DNA of 64,000 nt from Candidatus Methylomirabilota bacterium (GTDB lineage: Bacteria; Methylomirabilota; Methylomirabilia; Rokubacteriales; CSP1-6), in the NCBI GenBank assembly GCA_035936835.1, contig DASYVT010000069.1, positions 6,800 to 70,799 on the forward strand. The letters run 5' to 3'. The notes beneath the pieces are model-generated. The model searched no databases, was not told the DNA's origin, and saw only the letters and a program-made list of their open reading frames with translations. Positions 1 to 8,818 of the stretch are shown one piece after another. Every line of letters starts with the position of its first letter. Positions within the stretch are counted from its first letter, which is position 1. Both the position numbers and the translations under genes were made by a program.

Positions 1-484
1 CTTCTCGGTGAAGCTCGGCTGGTTCCAGGCCGGCGGCTTCGACGGCTGGGGGCGGGGCGTGGGCCACGCGCTCAAGTCGCTCCTCCTGCCGGCCGTGGCG
101 CTCGGGCTCTTCCAGTTCGCCGTCCTCGCGCGCACCACCCGTTCCGCGCTCTTGGAGGTGCTCCGCGAGGAGTACGTCAAGACGGCGCGCGCCAAGGGCG
201 TCGCCGAGCGCGCCGTGATCTTCCGCCACGCGCTCAAGAACGCCATGATCCCCATCCTGACCGTAGCCGGCGTCCAGCTGGGCCAGCTCATGGCGGGCAG
301 CATCATCCTGGAGTCCGTGTTCTATCTGCCGGGGCTGGGCCGGCTGGCCCTGGGTGCCATTAGCGCGCGCGACCTGCCGGTGGTCCAAGGTGTCGTGCTC
401 TTCGTCGCCTCGGCAATCGTCGTGATCAATGCCGCCGTCGACATGCTGTACGGGGTACTGGACCCCCGCATTCGCTATGAGTAG
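1..484 (+). CDS. ABC di/oligopeptide-type transporter permease, DppB/OppB-like (5' partial, C-terminal part only)
   Basis: The reading frame is open from the window edge. The translation (FSVKLGWFQAGG...YVKTARAKGV...ILESVFYLPGLG...LDPRIRYE) has the EAA-loop and C-terminus typical of binding-protein-dependent permeases. Stop TAG at 482-484. Confidence 0.85.
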   Translation, partial: FSVKLGWFQAGGFDGWGRGVGHALKSLLLPAVALGLFQFAVLARTTRSALLEVLREEYVKTARAKGVAERAVIFRHALKNAMIPILTVAGVQLGQLMAGSIILESVFYLPGLGRLALGAISARDLPVVQGVVLFVASAIVVINAAVDMLYGVLDPRIRYE

Positions 485-1307
485 GCCCCTGCGGCGCGCC
501 CTGAGACACGTCACGTTCAGCGTGGGCTTTGCGATCACGGCGCTCTTGCTGCTCACGGCGGCGCTGAGCCTGGGCTACACGCCGCGCGACCCGCTCGAGA
601 TGTCCATGGAGGCGCGGCTCCAGGGCCCGTCGGAGGCGCATCCGCTCGGCACGGACCAGTTCGGCCGCGACCTCCTCTCGCGGATCATGGTGGGAGCCGT
701 CACGGCCATCCTGGTGGGTGTCATCGCCGTCGGTATCGGCGTGGGGCTGGGCGCATTCCTGGGAATGCTTTCCGGCTATTTCGGCGGCTGGCTCGACGAG
801 GTCTTCATGCGGCTTATGGACGCGGTCCAGGGCTTCCCGGCCATCCTGTCGGCCCTGCTCATCGCCGCCGTGTTCACGCCGGGGCTCGCCATCACCATGG
901 TCGCCATCGGCGTCAGCTTCCTGCCGATTTTCGCGCGGCTCACGCGCGCCGCCTTCCTCGAGCTGAGGGGCCGGGAGTTCGTTCTGGCCGCCCGCGCGCT
1001 GGGGGCGGGAGATGCCGCCGTCATCGGGCGCCACATCCTGCCGAACACGCTCGCTCCGCTGATCGTCCAGGCGTCCATCAGCTTCCCGATCGCGATCCTG
1101 GCCGAAGCGGCGCTGTCCTATCTCGGACTCGGCACCCAGCCGCCGAACCCTTCGTGGGGGCTCATGCTCAGGGAGGCCCAGGCCTTCCTCGGCATGTCCC
1201 CCTGGTTCGCCGTGTTTCCGGGTACCGCAATAGCTTTGACTGTGCTAGGGTTGAACCTGCTTGGCGACGGGCTCAGGGATCTCCTCGATCCAAAGATGAT
1301 GAGCTAG
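477..1307 (+). CDS. ABC di/oligopeptide-type transporter permease, DppC/OppC-like
   Basis: ATG 477 lies inside the last codons of the upstream permease (ATGAGTAG). The ORF-track start at 429 is within the upstream gene and was trimmed. Polytopic protein with motifs FARLTRAAFLELRGREFVLAARALGA and LLDPKM typical of the OppC family. Confidence 0.85.
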   Translation: MSRPLRRALRHVTFSVGFAITALLLLTAALSLGYTPRDPLEMSMEARLQGPSEAHPLGTDQFGRDLLSRIMVGAVTAILVGVIAVGIGVGLGAFLGMLSGYFGGWLDEVFMRLMDAVQGFPAILSALLIAAVFTPGLAITMVAIGVSFLPIFARLTRAAFLELRGREFVLAARALGAGDAAVIGRHILPNTLAPLIVQASISFPIAILAEAALSYLGLGTQPPNPSWGLMLREAQAFLGMSPWFAVFPGTAIALTVLGLNLLGDGLRDLLDPKMMS

Positions 1308-1344
1308 CGCAGGCTCTTGACCTCATTGCAAAAGGAGCCCCTTC

Positions 1345-2076
1345 GTGCTGAAAGCGATGCTGGCAGTAGCTCTCACGGTGGTCGTGACCCAGGCCGCCGT
1401 GCTGGCGACCTCGATCTACCTGCACCGGGGATTGGCGCATCGCGCGCTGACCCTGCACCCGATCGCTGACTTCTTCTTCCGGATCATCCTGTGGATCACC
1501 ACCGGCCAGGATCGCCGCCAGTGGGTCGCCGTCCACCGCAAGCACCACGCCTTCACCGACACGGAGAAGGACCCGCACAGCCCGCTCGTCCACGGCTTCT
1601 GGAAGATCCAGCTCGGCAACGTCTACTACTACATCCGCGAGGCGCGGAACGCGGAGACGCTGGCGCGCTGGGCGAAGGACATCCGCGAGGACTGGTGGGA
1701 CCGCCGGATCTTCTCCAAGGGAACGCTTGGCGGCATCCTCGGACTGATCCTGGCGATGCTGGTCCTCGGTCCCGCGTGGGGCATCTTCGTGGTCGCCGTC
1801 CACCTCGTCCTCTACGTCTTCGTGCTGGCGCCCTCGATCAACGGGCTCGGTCACTGGTGGGGGCGGAGGAACTTCCTGGGCAACTCCGCCACCAATATCC
1901 GGCTGCTCGCCTGGCTCACCGGCGGCGAGAGCCTGCACAACAACCACCACGCCTACCCATCGAGCCCGAAGTTCAGCGTGCGGCGCTCGGAGTTCGATCC
2001 TTCGTGGTTGGTGATCAAGGTGTTGACGGCCGTGCGGCTCGTCACCCTCGTGGGCGACAAGGTCAAGCTGACGTAG
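1345..2076 (+). CDS. membrane fatty-acid desaturase (acyl-CoA/acyl-lipid desaturase family)
   Basis: GTG start. Three histidine boxes (HRGLAH, HRKHH, HNNHH) in a hydrophobic 243-aa protein. Confidence 0.8.
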   Translation: MLKAMLAVALTVVVTQAAVLATSIYLHRGLAHRALTLHPIADFFFRIILWITTGQDRRQWVAVHRKHHAFTDTEKDPHSPLVHGFWKIQLGNVYYYIREARNAETLARWAKDIREDWWDRRIFSKGTLGGILGLILAMLVLGPAWGIFVVAVHLVLYVFVLAPSINGLGHWWGRRNFLGNSATNIRLLAWLTGGESLHNNHHAYPSSPKFSVRRSEFDPSWLVIKVLTAVRLVTLVGDKVKLT

Positions 2077-2118
2077 GTCGCGACCCCGTTCGAATACCCA
2101 AGGTCCGAATATCCAAGA

Positions 2119-2150
2119 GGCCCCGGTAACGCCGGGGCCCTTGCTTTTTC
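2119..2150. terminator. GC-rich hairpin plus T-run, candidate bidirectional terminator between convergent genes
   Basis: GGCCCCGG (2119-2126), loop TAACG, CCGGGGCC (2132-2139), followed by CTTGCTTTTT. It sits between the desaturase stop (2076) and the minus-strand GT-C gene stop (2170). Confidence 0.6.
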
Positions 2151-2169
2151 ACCGACACGCGGTGCCGGC

Positions 2170-4359
2170 TCACTGCATTCCGGCGAGGGCAGGCCCACCA
2201 ATCTCGATGCGGCCCGGTCTGATCCTGATCGGTTCCACCGTCACCGGCACCGGCAGTCGCTTGAGCGCCAGGGTCGGATCGAAATGCCGGACGACCCAGT
2301 TCGCGAGGACGTCAGGGACAGGCAGGGGGCCCACGCGCACGTCTGCGACCTCCATACCTAGCGGCCGGTCTCCCGCCGGCGCGACGAACCTTACACGCGC
2401 CGAGACCCTCAGGCCCCCCCGTTGAATGGTGGCCTCCGCGAATCCATCGCGCAGGCGGAGCGTCACGCCTTGGCCGGCCGGCTGCCCCTGGAGCAATTCC
2501 CGGAGGTCGTCTTCCGTAATCGTAAGCTGACGGATCCTGATGACTCCGACATCCAGAAGCTGAAGCTCGCCATTCTCCACGAAGCGCCGAGGATCGAAGA
2601 GCAGGCCCTCGATGTCGATGCGGATGTTCCGCACGCGCAGGGGAGCACGATCGCGCCGGGCCATCTCTCCCACCAGCGCCGAGTCCGCCAGGATCTCCAG
2701 CCGCTCCGCTTCACCCCTGAGAAGCGCTTCGGGCTTGTAACCGACACGGGTGCGGAAGTCGACTGCCTCGGCGAAGTTGGCGGCCAGGAGCTTCTCAGGC
2801 GCGCTCTGGAGCAGCGATGCCACGCGCGCCGCCGGCACCCCCGTCAGCGGCTGGATGCGTCGGGCTCTCAGAATGCCGCGGCTGCCGTCCGGCAGCGCGT
2901 ATTCACCGATCACGGGATAGATCGCCGCCAGGTACGGATCGCCGCCGGCGATGGCGCCGCTGAGCCTCTCGAGCTTCTCGGCGGTCCAGCTCGGACCCTG
3001 CGAGCCCGTCTTGAGGATGACGAAGTCCACGCCGAGCGGCGGCCCGTTCCAGGCGCGCGTCATGCGTAGGGGCAGCCCAAGGCGGGCCGCCTCGTAGCGG
3101 AAGTTCGAGACCGAGAAGAAGTTGTAGTTCGGGACGACCGCGACAGTGGCGGGTTGTCCACCCGAAGCGCGAACGAGATCGGCGATGACGGCCTCGTGGC
3201 GCCAGTCGGCCCGGTTCGGAGGATGGTAGAGGGCCACCGAGATCCCGACACCGGGCACGCGGGGCGGGACAGGCACGCCGAAGGCTGTCATGGAAATCTG
3301 GAGGAGCCCGACGAGCACGCAGGTCCAGAGGCCGCCGCGCCGCCACGCGGGCGGCAGGCTGCGGGCACCGACCGCCGCCAGGAGCGCCGCCGCGGGGAGA
3401 ATGGGCAGCGTGTAGCGAAGGTTCCGGTTCTGGATCAACGAAAACATCACGAAGGGCACGACGCCGGCAAGCCAGAGGAACGCCCGCGATTTCCGGTACC
3501 GGCGGGCGGCCCAGGCGCCCGCCACGAACAGCAGGCTCGCGAGCGCGCCGAACTGCATGGGCAGGACGCGCGGGTAGTAGAGGAGGGATTCGGCGGACAG
3601 GTACCCGGCCTGTCCCGCCTCTGCGGCCTGCTTGAACGACCGGTTGGCCGCTTGCATCGGGAGGCCCACGATGCGCGGCCCGTACCAGGGCAGCGCGATG
3701 ACGACGCCGACGACCAGGGCGACCCCAAGCCACGCGAGTCGCCGCCGGCGGTCGACCGAACGGAGCGCCTGCCAGAGCGTCCAGCAGAACGCCGGCAGCA
3801 CGTAGCCGGCGAACGGCGGCTTCGTCACCATGCCGAGTCCGAGCGTCACCCCCAGCGCCACGCACCAGCCGGGGCGCGAGAAGCCCTTGCTGCGCACCAG
3901 CGCATAAAGAGCCGCCGCGACCATGGATGCCAGCGGGAGGTCGAGCTGGAAGTTCGTCAGCGAGAAGATGACGAATGGCGCGGTGGCGAAGAAGAAGGCG
4001 GCGAGGAGACCCGTCTCCGAATCGAAGAGCTGGCGGCCGAGGGCGAAGACCGCCGCGAGCCCCAGGGCCATGAAGCCCAGCATGACCGCCTGCGCCGTGA
4101 GGGGCACGATCGGGAAGACGAAGTAGAGGAGCCCTGCCGCGCATGCCGTGATGGGCGGGTAGAATGACGACACGTCGAGGATCTCCCGCAGCCGGTCGTG
4201 ACCGGGCTCGGAGAGGATGCGGTAGCACTCGACGGCGCGCTCGAGATGGTTGGCGTGGTCCCACTCGGGCGGGCGCCGGTCGACCGAGACCCACACGGCC
4301 GTCACCGCGCACAGCAGGGCGAAGAGCGCGCCCACGGCCAGCCAGGGGTGCCTTGGCAT
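2170..4359 (-). CDS. GT-C fold glycosyltransferase (GT39/GT83, PMT/ArnT-like) fused to a soluble C-terminal LmeA/DUF2993-like domain
   Basis: I prefer ATG 4359 (MPRHPWLAVGALF...) over GTG 4398. About 480 aa are polytopic with PMT/ArnT-like features (DHANHLERA..., FYPPI..., VTKPPF...). The last ~260 aa are non-membrane and beta-rich. The domain calls were made by eye, not by HMM. Confidence 0.7.
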   Translation of the reverse strand: MPRHPWLAVGALFALLCAVTAVWVSVDRRPPEWDHANHLERAVECYRILSEPGHDRLREILDVSSFYPPITACAAGLLYFVFPIVPLTAQAVMLGFMALGLAAVFALGRQLFDSETGLLAAFFFATAPFVIFSLTNFQLDLPLASMVAAALYALVRSKGFSRPGWCVALGVTLGLGMVTKPPFAGYVLPAFCWTLWQALRSVDRRRRLAWLGVALVVGVVIALPWYGPRIVGLPMQAANRSFKQAAEAGQAGYLSAESLLYYPRVLPMQFGALASLLFVAGAWAARRYRKSRAFLWLAGVVPFVMFSLIQNRNLRYTLPILPAAALLAAVGARSLPPAWRRGGLWTCVLVGLLQISMTAFGVPVPPRVPGVGISVALYHPPNRADWRHEAVIADLVRASGGQPATVAVVPNYNFFSVSNFRYEAARLGLPLRMTRAWNGPPLGVDFVILKTGSQGPSWTAEKLERLSGAIAGGDPYLAAIYPVIGEYALPDGSRGILRARRIQPLTGVPAARVASLLQSAPEKLLAANFAEAVDFRTRVGYKPEALLRGEAERLEILADSALVGEMARRDRAPLRVRNIRIDIEGLLFDPRRFVENGELQLLDVGVIRIRQLTITEDDLRELLQGQPAGQGVTLRLRDGFAEATIQRGGLRVSARVRFVAPAGDRPLGMEVADVRVGPLPVPDVLANWVVRHFDPTLALKRLPVPVTVEPIRIRPGRIEIGGPALAGMQ

Positions 4360-4482
4360 CGCCGCATTATATATAAGGAGGGGGCCAGGTCCCCCCACAC
4401 CAGATCAACACCGCCTCGGAATATCTCCAAGGAATCCTGTTAAATTAGACAGTTGGAACGATCTCTGGCGTTAGGATTTCGC

Positions 4483-4521
4483 TTGACCGTCGGGGTCCAT
4501 CCATGTTCAACTCTTGAACAT
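4483..4521 (+). promoter_or_regulatory. candidate promoter/operator of the glycan-locus regulator gene
   Basis: TTGACC at 4483-4488. A perfect inverted repeat ATGTTCAA-ctc-TTGAACAT spans 4503-4521, over the expected -10 position and 11 nt upstream of ATG 4532. The -10 itself is weak (TTCAAC). Confidence 0.3.
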
Positions 4522-4531
4522 TAATAAACCC

Positions 4532-5164
4532 ATGGAAAAGAACCTCGAAAGAGACCTCGAGATCCTCACCGCTATCAGCGAGGGCCACCCGCTCACCCAG
4601 CGGGACCTGGCTGAGCGCATGGGGGTCGCCCTCGGCTTGGCCAATCTCTATCTCAAGCGCCTGGCCCGGAAGGGTTTCATCAAGATCACCGACTTCCCGC
4701 GCAAGCCCGCTGCGCGGAAGCGTCTCCGCTACCTCCTGACGCCGCAGGGCATCAGCGAGAAGACCCGGCTGACCTACGAGCACGTCGCCTACTCGCTGAG
4801 CCTCTACCGGCGCGCACGGCAGACGCTGCGCGAGTCGCTGAGCCAGCTGCCTGAGGGCGGCATGAAGCGTATCGCGCTGTACGGAACGGGCGAGGCCGCT
4901 GAGCTCGCCTACCTCACGCTCAAGGAGCTCGGGCTCGAGCCCGTCGGGGTCTTCTCGCGGGATGGCGCCGACGCCTTCCTGGGCTTTCCGGTTCGGCGGC
5001 TGGCAGAAATTACCGGCGAGGAGATCGACGGCGTGGTGGTCGCGACCTTCGAGCCGCCGGAGGGACAGGTCGCCGAGCTCCTGACCATCGGTGTGCCGGC
5101 GGAAAAGGTCCTCACGCTCCGGCGCAGCAGCGTGCTCGCGACCTCCGAAGGGGAGCAGCCGTGA
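4532..5164 (+). CDS. winged-helix transcriptional regulator, EPS-associated MarR-like, with C-terminal Rossmann-like domain
   Basis: ATG 4532; TTG 4514 is possible but lies inside the palindrome. wHTH segment: LTQRDLAERMGVALGLANLYLKRLARKGFIKI...RYLLTPQGISEK. The C-terminal ~95 aa begin IALYGTGEAAELA (GxGxxA). Confidence 0.7.
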   Translation: MEKNLERDLEILTAISEGHPLTQRDLAERMGVALGLANLYLKRLARKGFIKITDFPRKPAARKRLRYLLTPQGISEKTRLTYEHVAYSLSLYRRARQTLRESLSQLPEGGMKRIALYGTGEAAELAYLTLKELGLEPVGVFSRDGADAFLGFPVRRLAEITGEEIDGVVVATFEPPEGQVAELLTIGVPAEKVLTLRRSSVLATSEGEQP

Positions 5165-7008
5165 CGCGCGCCCGGGATCTCAGCCGTTTCGCCTGGCTGC
5201 TCCGCACCTACCTCGCGCCGCACTGGGCGGCCGTCCTTCTGCTCGTGATCACGAGCTTTCTCGCCATGGCGCTGGCCGCCCTCTTCCCCGTGCTGATGGC
5301 GCCGATCCTGGACCTGGCCCTGGGCGCCCCGGCCACGGGCGCCTCCGGCACCTCCGGCGGCTTGAGCCTGAGCAACCTGGGCGCTCTCGTGCTCCAGTGG
5401 CTCGGCACGGGCGCCGGCGACGACCGCTTCCGCGCCATCGTATGGCTCTGCGCCGCATACGTCGGCGTCGGGTTCGCTAAAGGGTGGCTCGACTTCGGCA
5501 ACTTCATCCTGGCCCTGTGGATACGGGTGCGGGCCGGCGCGGCGCTCCAGATGGACCTCTTCCGCCATCTGCTCGGACTCTCGATGCGGTTCTTCACCAC
5601 ACACCGCACGGGCGAGCTGGTCTCGCGCCTCGAGTCCGACACGCGCGCCGCCACGGGCGGGCTCGAGACCATCGTCGGTACCGTCCTGACCGCCCCGCTC
5701 CTCATCGCCTTCTACGGCTGGCTGATGGTCCGCACGAGCCCGAAGCTGGTCCTGGCCGCGCTCGGGGCCGCGGTTCTGCATTTCGGCACCGTGCGCCTGC
5801 TGCGCGGACCCATCCGGCGCCTGGCGATGGACCAGTTCTCGAGCTTCGCTGAGCTTGCGGCGCGGCTTCAGGAAGCCATCCTGAGCATCCGCATCGTCAA
5901 GTCGTTCGGCGCCGAGGCCTTCGAAATCGGGCGCGTCGCCCGCACGGTGCGCGAAGTCCTGCGCGTCAACGTCAAGTTCGGGGTCTACAAGCACGTCGAG
6001 GAGCCCGCGCGCGCGTTCGTCAACTACCTCGTCGAGGCGAGCATCCTGCTCCTCGCGGCCTGGGAGCTCCTGGCCGGGCGGCTCGGCGCGCCGGCCTTCT
6101 TCCTCTTCCTCTACGTCGGGCGCGCGGTGATGATGCAGATTGGTCTCCTGGCCGGGGCCTACACGCAGATCCAGGCGACGCTGGCCGCCTCGAGCCGGGT
6201 GATCCAGCTGCTGGCCCTTGCGCCCGAAGTCCGCGACGGAGCCGGGACGGTCGGGTCCTTCGAAGACCGGATCGCCGTCCGCGACGTCTCCTTCAGCTAC
6301 GGCGGCGAACCCGTTCTCGAGCAGGTGAACCTCGAGATCCGCAAGGGTGAGGTCGTGGCGCTGGTGGGCCCGAGCGGTGTCGGCAAGTCCACGCTCGCCG
6401 ACCTGATCCTGCGCCTCTACGATCCGGTCCAGGGCGTGATTACCATCGACGGGCGGGATCTGCGCACGCTCCGGCAGGACAGCTATCGCAAGCTCTTCGG
6501 CGTGGTGTCCCAGGAGGCCCTGCTCTTCAACGCCACCATCCGCGACAACATCACGTACGGGCGGGAGGGCATCGCGGAAGCCGAGGTCGTCCGCGCTGCG
6601 CGCGTGGCCAACGCCCATGACTTCATTCAGGAATTCCTTGGCGGCTACGAGACCGTCGTGGGTGACCGCGGCATCCGGCTCTCCGGCGGCCAACGCCAGC
6701 GCATCGCGATCGCGCGCGCCGTGGTGGGCCGCCCGCCGATCCTCATCCTCGACGAGGCGACGAGCTCGCTCGACAGCGAGTCCGAGCGGCTGGTGCAGCA
6801 GGCCATCGACCGCGCCGTCCAGGGCGCCACGTCCGTGGTCATCGCCCATCGCCTGTCGACGGTTCTGCACGCCGACAAGATCGTGGTGCTCGGCCGCGGC
6901 GGGGTCGAGGCCATCGGTCGCCACGCGGAGCTCCTTGCGGGCAACGAGACGTACGGCAGGCTCTATCGGCTCCAATTCGCGGAGGTGGGGGCCCTTGGGG
7001 ATCTCTGA
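5161..7008 (+). CDS. fused TMD-NBD ABC exporter, MsbA/PglK-like (candidate lipid-linked glycan flippase)
   Basis: The GTG start overlaps the regulator stop (GTGA). N-terminal exporter-type transmembrane domain. Walker A GPSGVGKST, signature LSGGQRQRIAIARA, Walker B ILILDEATS. Confidence 0.9.
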   Translation: MTRARDLSRFAWLLRTYLAPHWAAVLLLVITSFLAMALAALFPVLMAPILDLALGAPATGASGTSGGLSLSNLGALVLQWLGTGAGDDRFRAIVWLCAAYVGVGFAKGWLDFGNFILALWIRVRAGAALQMDLFRHLLGLSMRFFTTHRTGELVSRLESDTRAATGGLETIVGTVLTAPLLIAFYGWLMVRTSPKLVLAALGAAVLHFGTVRLLRGPIRRLAMDQFSSFAELAARLQEAILSIRIVKSFGAEAFEIGRVARTVREVLRVNVKFGVYKHVEEPARAFVNYLVEASILLLAAWELLAGRLGAPAFFLFLYVGRAVMMQIGLLAGAYTQIQATLAASSRVIQLLALAPEVRDGAGTVGSFEDRIAVRDVSFSYGGEPVLEQVNLEIRKGEVVALVGPSGVGKSTLADLILRLYDPVQGVITIDGRDLRTLRQDSYRKLFGVVSQEALLFNATIRDNITYGREGIAEAEVVRAARVANAHDFIQEFLGGYETVVGDRGIRLSGGQRQRIAIARAVVGRPPILILDEATSSLDSESERLVQQAIDRAVQGATSVVIAHRLSTVLHADKIVVLGRGGVEAIGRHAELLAGNETYGRLYRLQFAEVGALGDL

Positions 7009-7810
7009 CCGCGATCACTTCAAGTGGCTCACCGGCGCCCTCGGGCGGTTCGAGGCCCAGCAGGGGAAGCTCGCGGCCCTCGCCCATGACCCGGGTCCCC
7101 ACGCGATCTGGTGCATGGCGGGCCAGCAGGAGATTCCGCCGATCGCCTTTCTCCGGGACTCGCTGGGGACCGCGTGTCCGGAGGTCGTCTTTTTCGACAA
7201 GTTCCCAACCGAGCCCGGGGTCCACGCGCTCGACCTGAACGCCCTCGAGGGTCTGCCGGACGCCGCGTGCGACGTCCTGGCCTTGTTCCGCGCTTCGTAC
7301 TTCATCAACGATCCTCCGCGCTTCCTGGCCCAGGCCCGTCGGGTCCTGCGGCCCGGTGGGCTCGCGGTCATCGACTGGCTGCACGGCGTCTCGGACGCCC
7401 CAGTGCTCGGCGTTCAGGGCGACGAAGGATACGGAGGCGGACCCACCCCTCGCATCACGACCTACTGTGACTCGCAGTTCCCGCGCGAGTTCACGGACGA
7501 GTTCGAGCGTTTCCTTCGCCATGTCAATCGCCCGCCGGCGTGGGCTAACGTCGAGAAGCCCGGGACGCCCGTGCCATTTCGTGAGCGCGTGCGGCGAGTC
7601 CTCGGGGGCGGGCCGCGCGGCCGTGTCGCCGTGGCGGGTTACGTCGAGGCGGTCCGAGAGGCGCTCGAGCGCGAGGGCAAGCATCTGATCGGTCCCGGGC
7701 TGATGGAGCAATACTTCAAGGTTCTCTTCCGCGACGCTCGGTACTTCTACCGGCACGTCGGGAAGTTCAACCTCTTCCTCCTGACCGTGCTGAGCCCGGT
7801 CGGCAAGTAG
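6995..7810 (+). CDS. hypothetical protein, class I SAM-methyltransferase-like
   Basis: TTG 6995 is preceded by GGAGGTGGGG and overlaps the ABC gene end by 14 nt. The ORF-track start 6617 lies inside the ABC gene. VVFFDKF...VLALFRASYF...ARRVLRPGGLAVIDW resembles MT motifs I and post-II, but there is no clean GxGxG. Confidence 0.5.
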   Translation: MGISDRDHFKWLTGALGRFEAQQGKLAALAHDPGPHAIWCMAGQQEIPPIAFLRDSLGTACPEVVFFDKFPTEPGVHALDLNALEGLPDAACDVLALFRASYFINDPPRFLAQARRVLRPGGLAVIDWLHGVSDAPVLGVQGDEGYGGGPTPRITTYCDSQFPREFTDEFERFLRHVNRPPAWANVEKPGTPVPFRERVRRVLGGGPRGRVAVAGYVEAVREALEREGKHLIGPGLMEQYFKVLFRDARYFYRHVGKFNLFLLTVLSPVGK

Positions 7811-7825
7811 AGCGGGGGAGACATC

Positions 7826-8818
7826 GTGACGACGCGTGTGGACGGCGGGCTCGAGTGGGCGGAGATGTCCGTGCTGGTGACCGGCGGTACGGGATCCTTC
7901 GGCAACAAGTTCGTCGAGATCATGCTGCAGAAGTACCACCCGAAGCGGCTCGTGATCTTCAGCCGCGACGAGCTCAAGCAGTCGGAGATGATGGCGCGGT
8001 TCAGCGACCCGTCGCTCCGCTTCTTCATCGGCGACGTGCGGGACAAGGAGCGGCTCGAGCGCGCCATGCACGGCATCGACATCGTCGTGCACGCGGCGGC
8101 GCTGAAGCAGATCCCGACGTGCGAGTACAATCCCTTTGAGGCGATCCAGACCAACGTCATCGGGACTAAGAACGTCATCGACGCCGCCATCGACCAGGGC
8201 GTCAAGCGGGTCATCGCCATCAGCAGCGACAAGGCGGTCAACCCGATCAACGTCTACGGCGCGACCAAGCTCTGCGCCGAGAAGCTCGTTGTCCAGGCCA
8301 ACGTGTACGGCCATCCGCGCGGCACCGTGTGCGCGGTGGTGCGCTACGGCAACGTCATCGGCAGCCGGGGCAGCGTCATCCCGCTCTTCAGGGCACAGCG
8401 GGAGACCGGCAAGGTGACGGTGACCGACCGCGGCATGACGCGCTTTTGGATCCGGCTCGAGCAGGGCGTGGAATTCGCTATCCGCTGCGCCGGGATCGCG
8501 CAGGGAGGCGAGATATTCGTGCCCAAGATTCCGAGCATGCGGATGATGGACCTGGTGGAGACCATCGCGCCCGGCTGCCAGGTCGAGTTCATCGGCATCC
8601 GCCCGGGCGAAAAGCTCCACGAGATCCTGATCTCGGAGGACGAGAGCCGCCAGGCCATCGAGTACGACAGCATGTTCGTGCTCGAGCCGCTCTACCCGTC
8701 CTGGCCCTTCGGGAGCCGCGACGGCGGCAAGCGGCCCGCGGCAGGCTTCCGCTACTCGAGCGACACGAACCAGACGTGGTTCACCCGGCCCGAGATGCAG
8801 GAGATGGGCGATGGCTGA
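7826..8818 (+). CDS. pseB: UDP-N-acetylglucosamine 4,6-dehydratase (inverting), PseB/FlaA1/CapD family
   Basis: VLVTGGTGSFG Rossmann motif, catalytic YGATKLCAEK, and VRYGNVIGSRGSVIPLF typical of PseB. GGGGGA lies 7 nt upstream of GTG 7826. Confidence 0.85.
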   Translation: MTTRVDGGLEWAEMSVLVTGGTGSFGNKFVEIMLQKYHPKRLVIFSRDELKQSEMMARFSDPSLRFFIGDVRDKERLERAMHGIDIVVHAAALKQIPTCEYNPFEAIQTNVIGTKNVIDAAIDQGVKRVIAISSDKAVNPINVYGATKLCAEKLVVQANVYGHPRGTVCAVVRYGNVIGSRGSVIPLFRAQRETGKVTVTDRGMTRFWIRLEQGVEFAIRCAGIAQGGEIFVPKIPSMRMMDLVETIAPGCQVEFIGIRPGEKLHEILISEDESRQAIEYDSMFVLEPLYPSWPFGSRDGGKRPAAGFRYSSDTNQTWFTRPEMQEMGDG

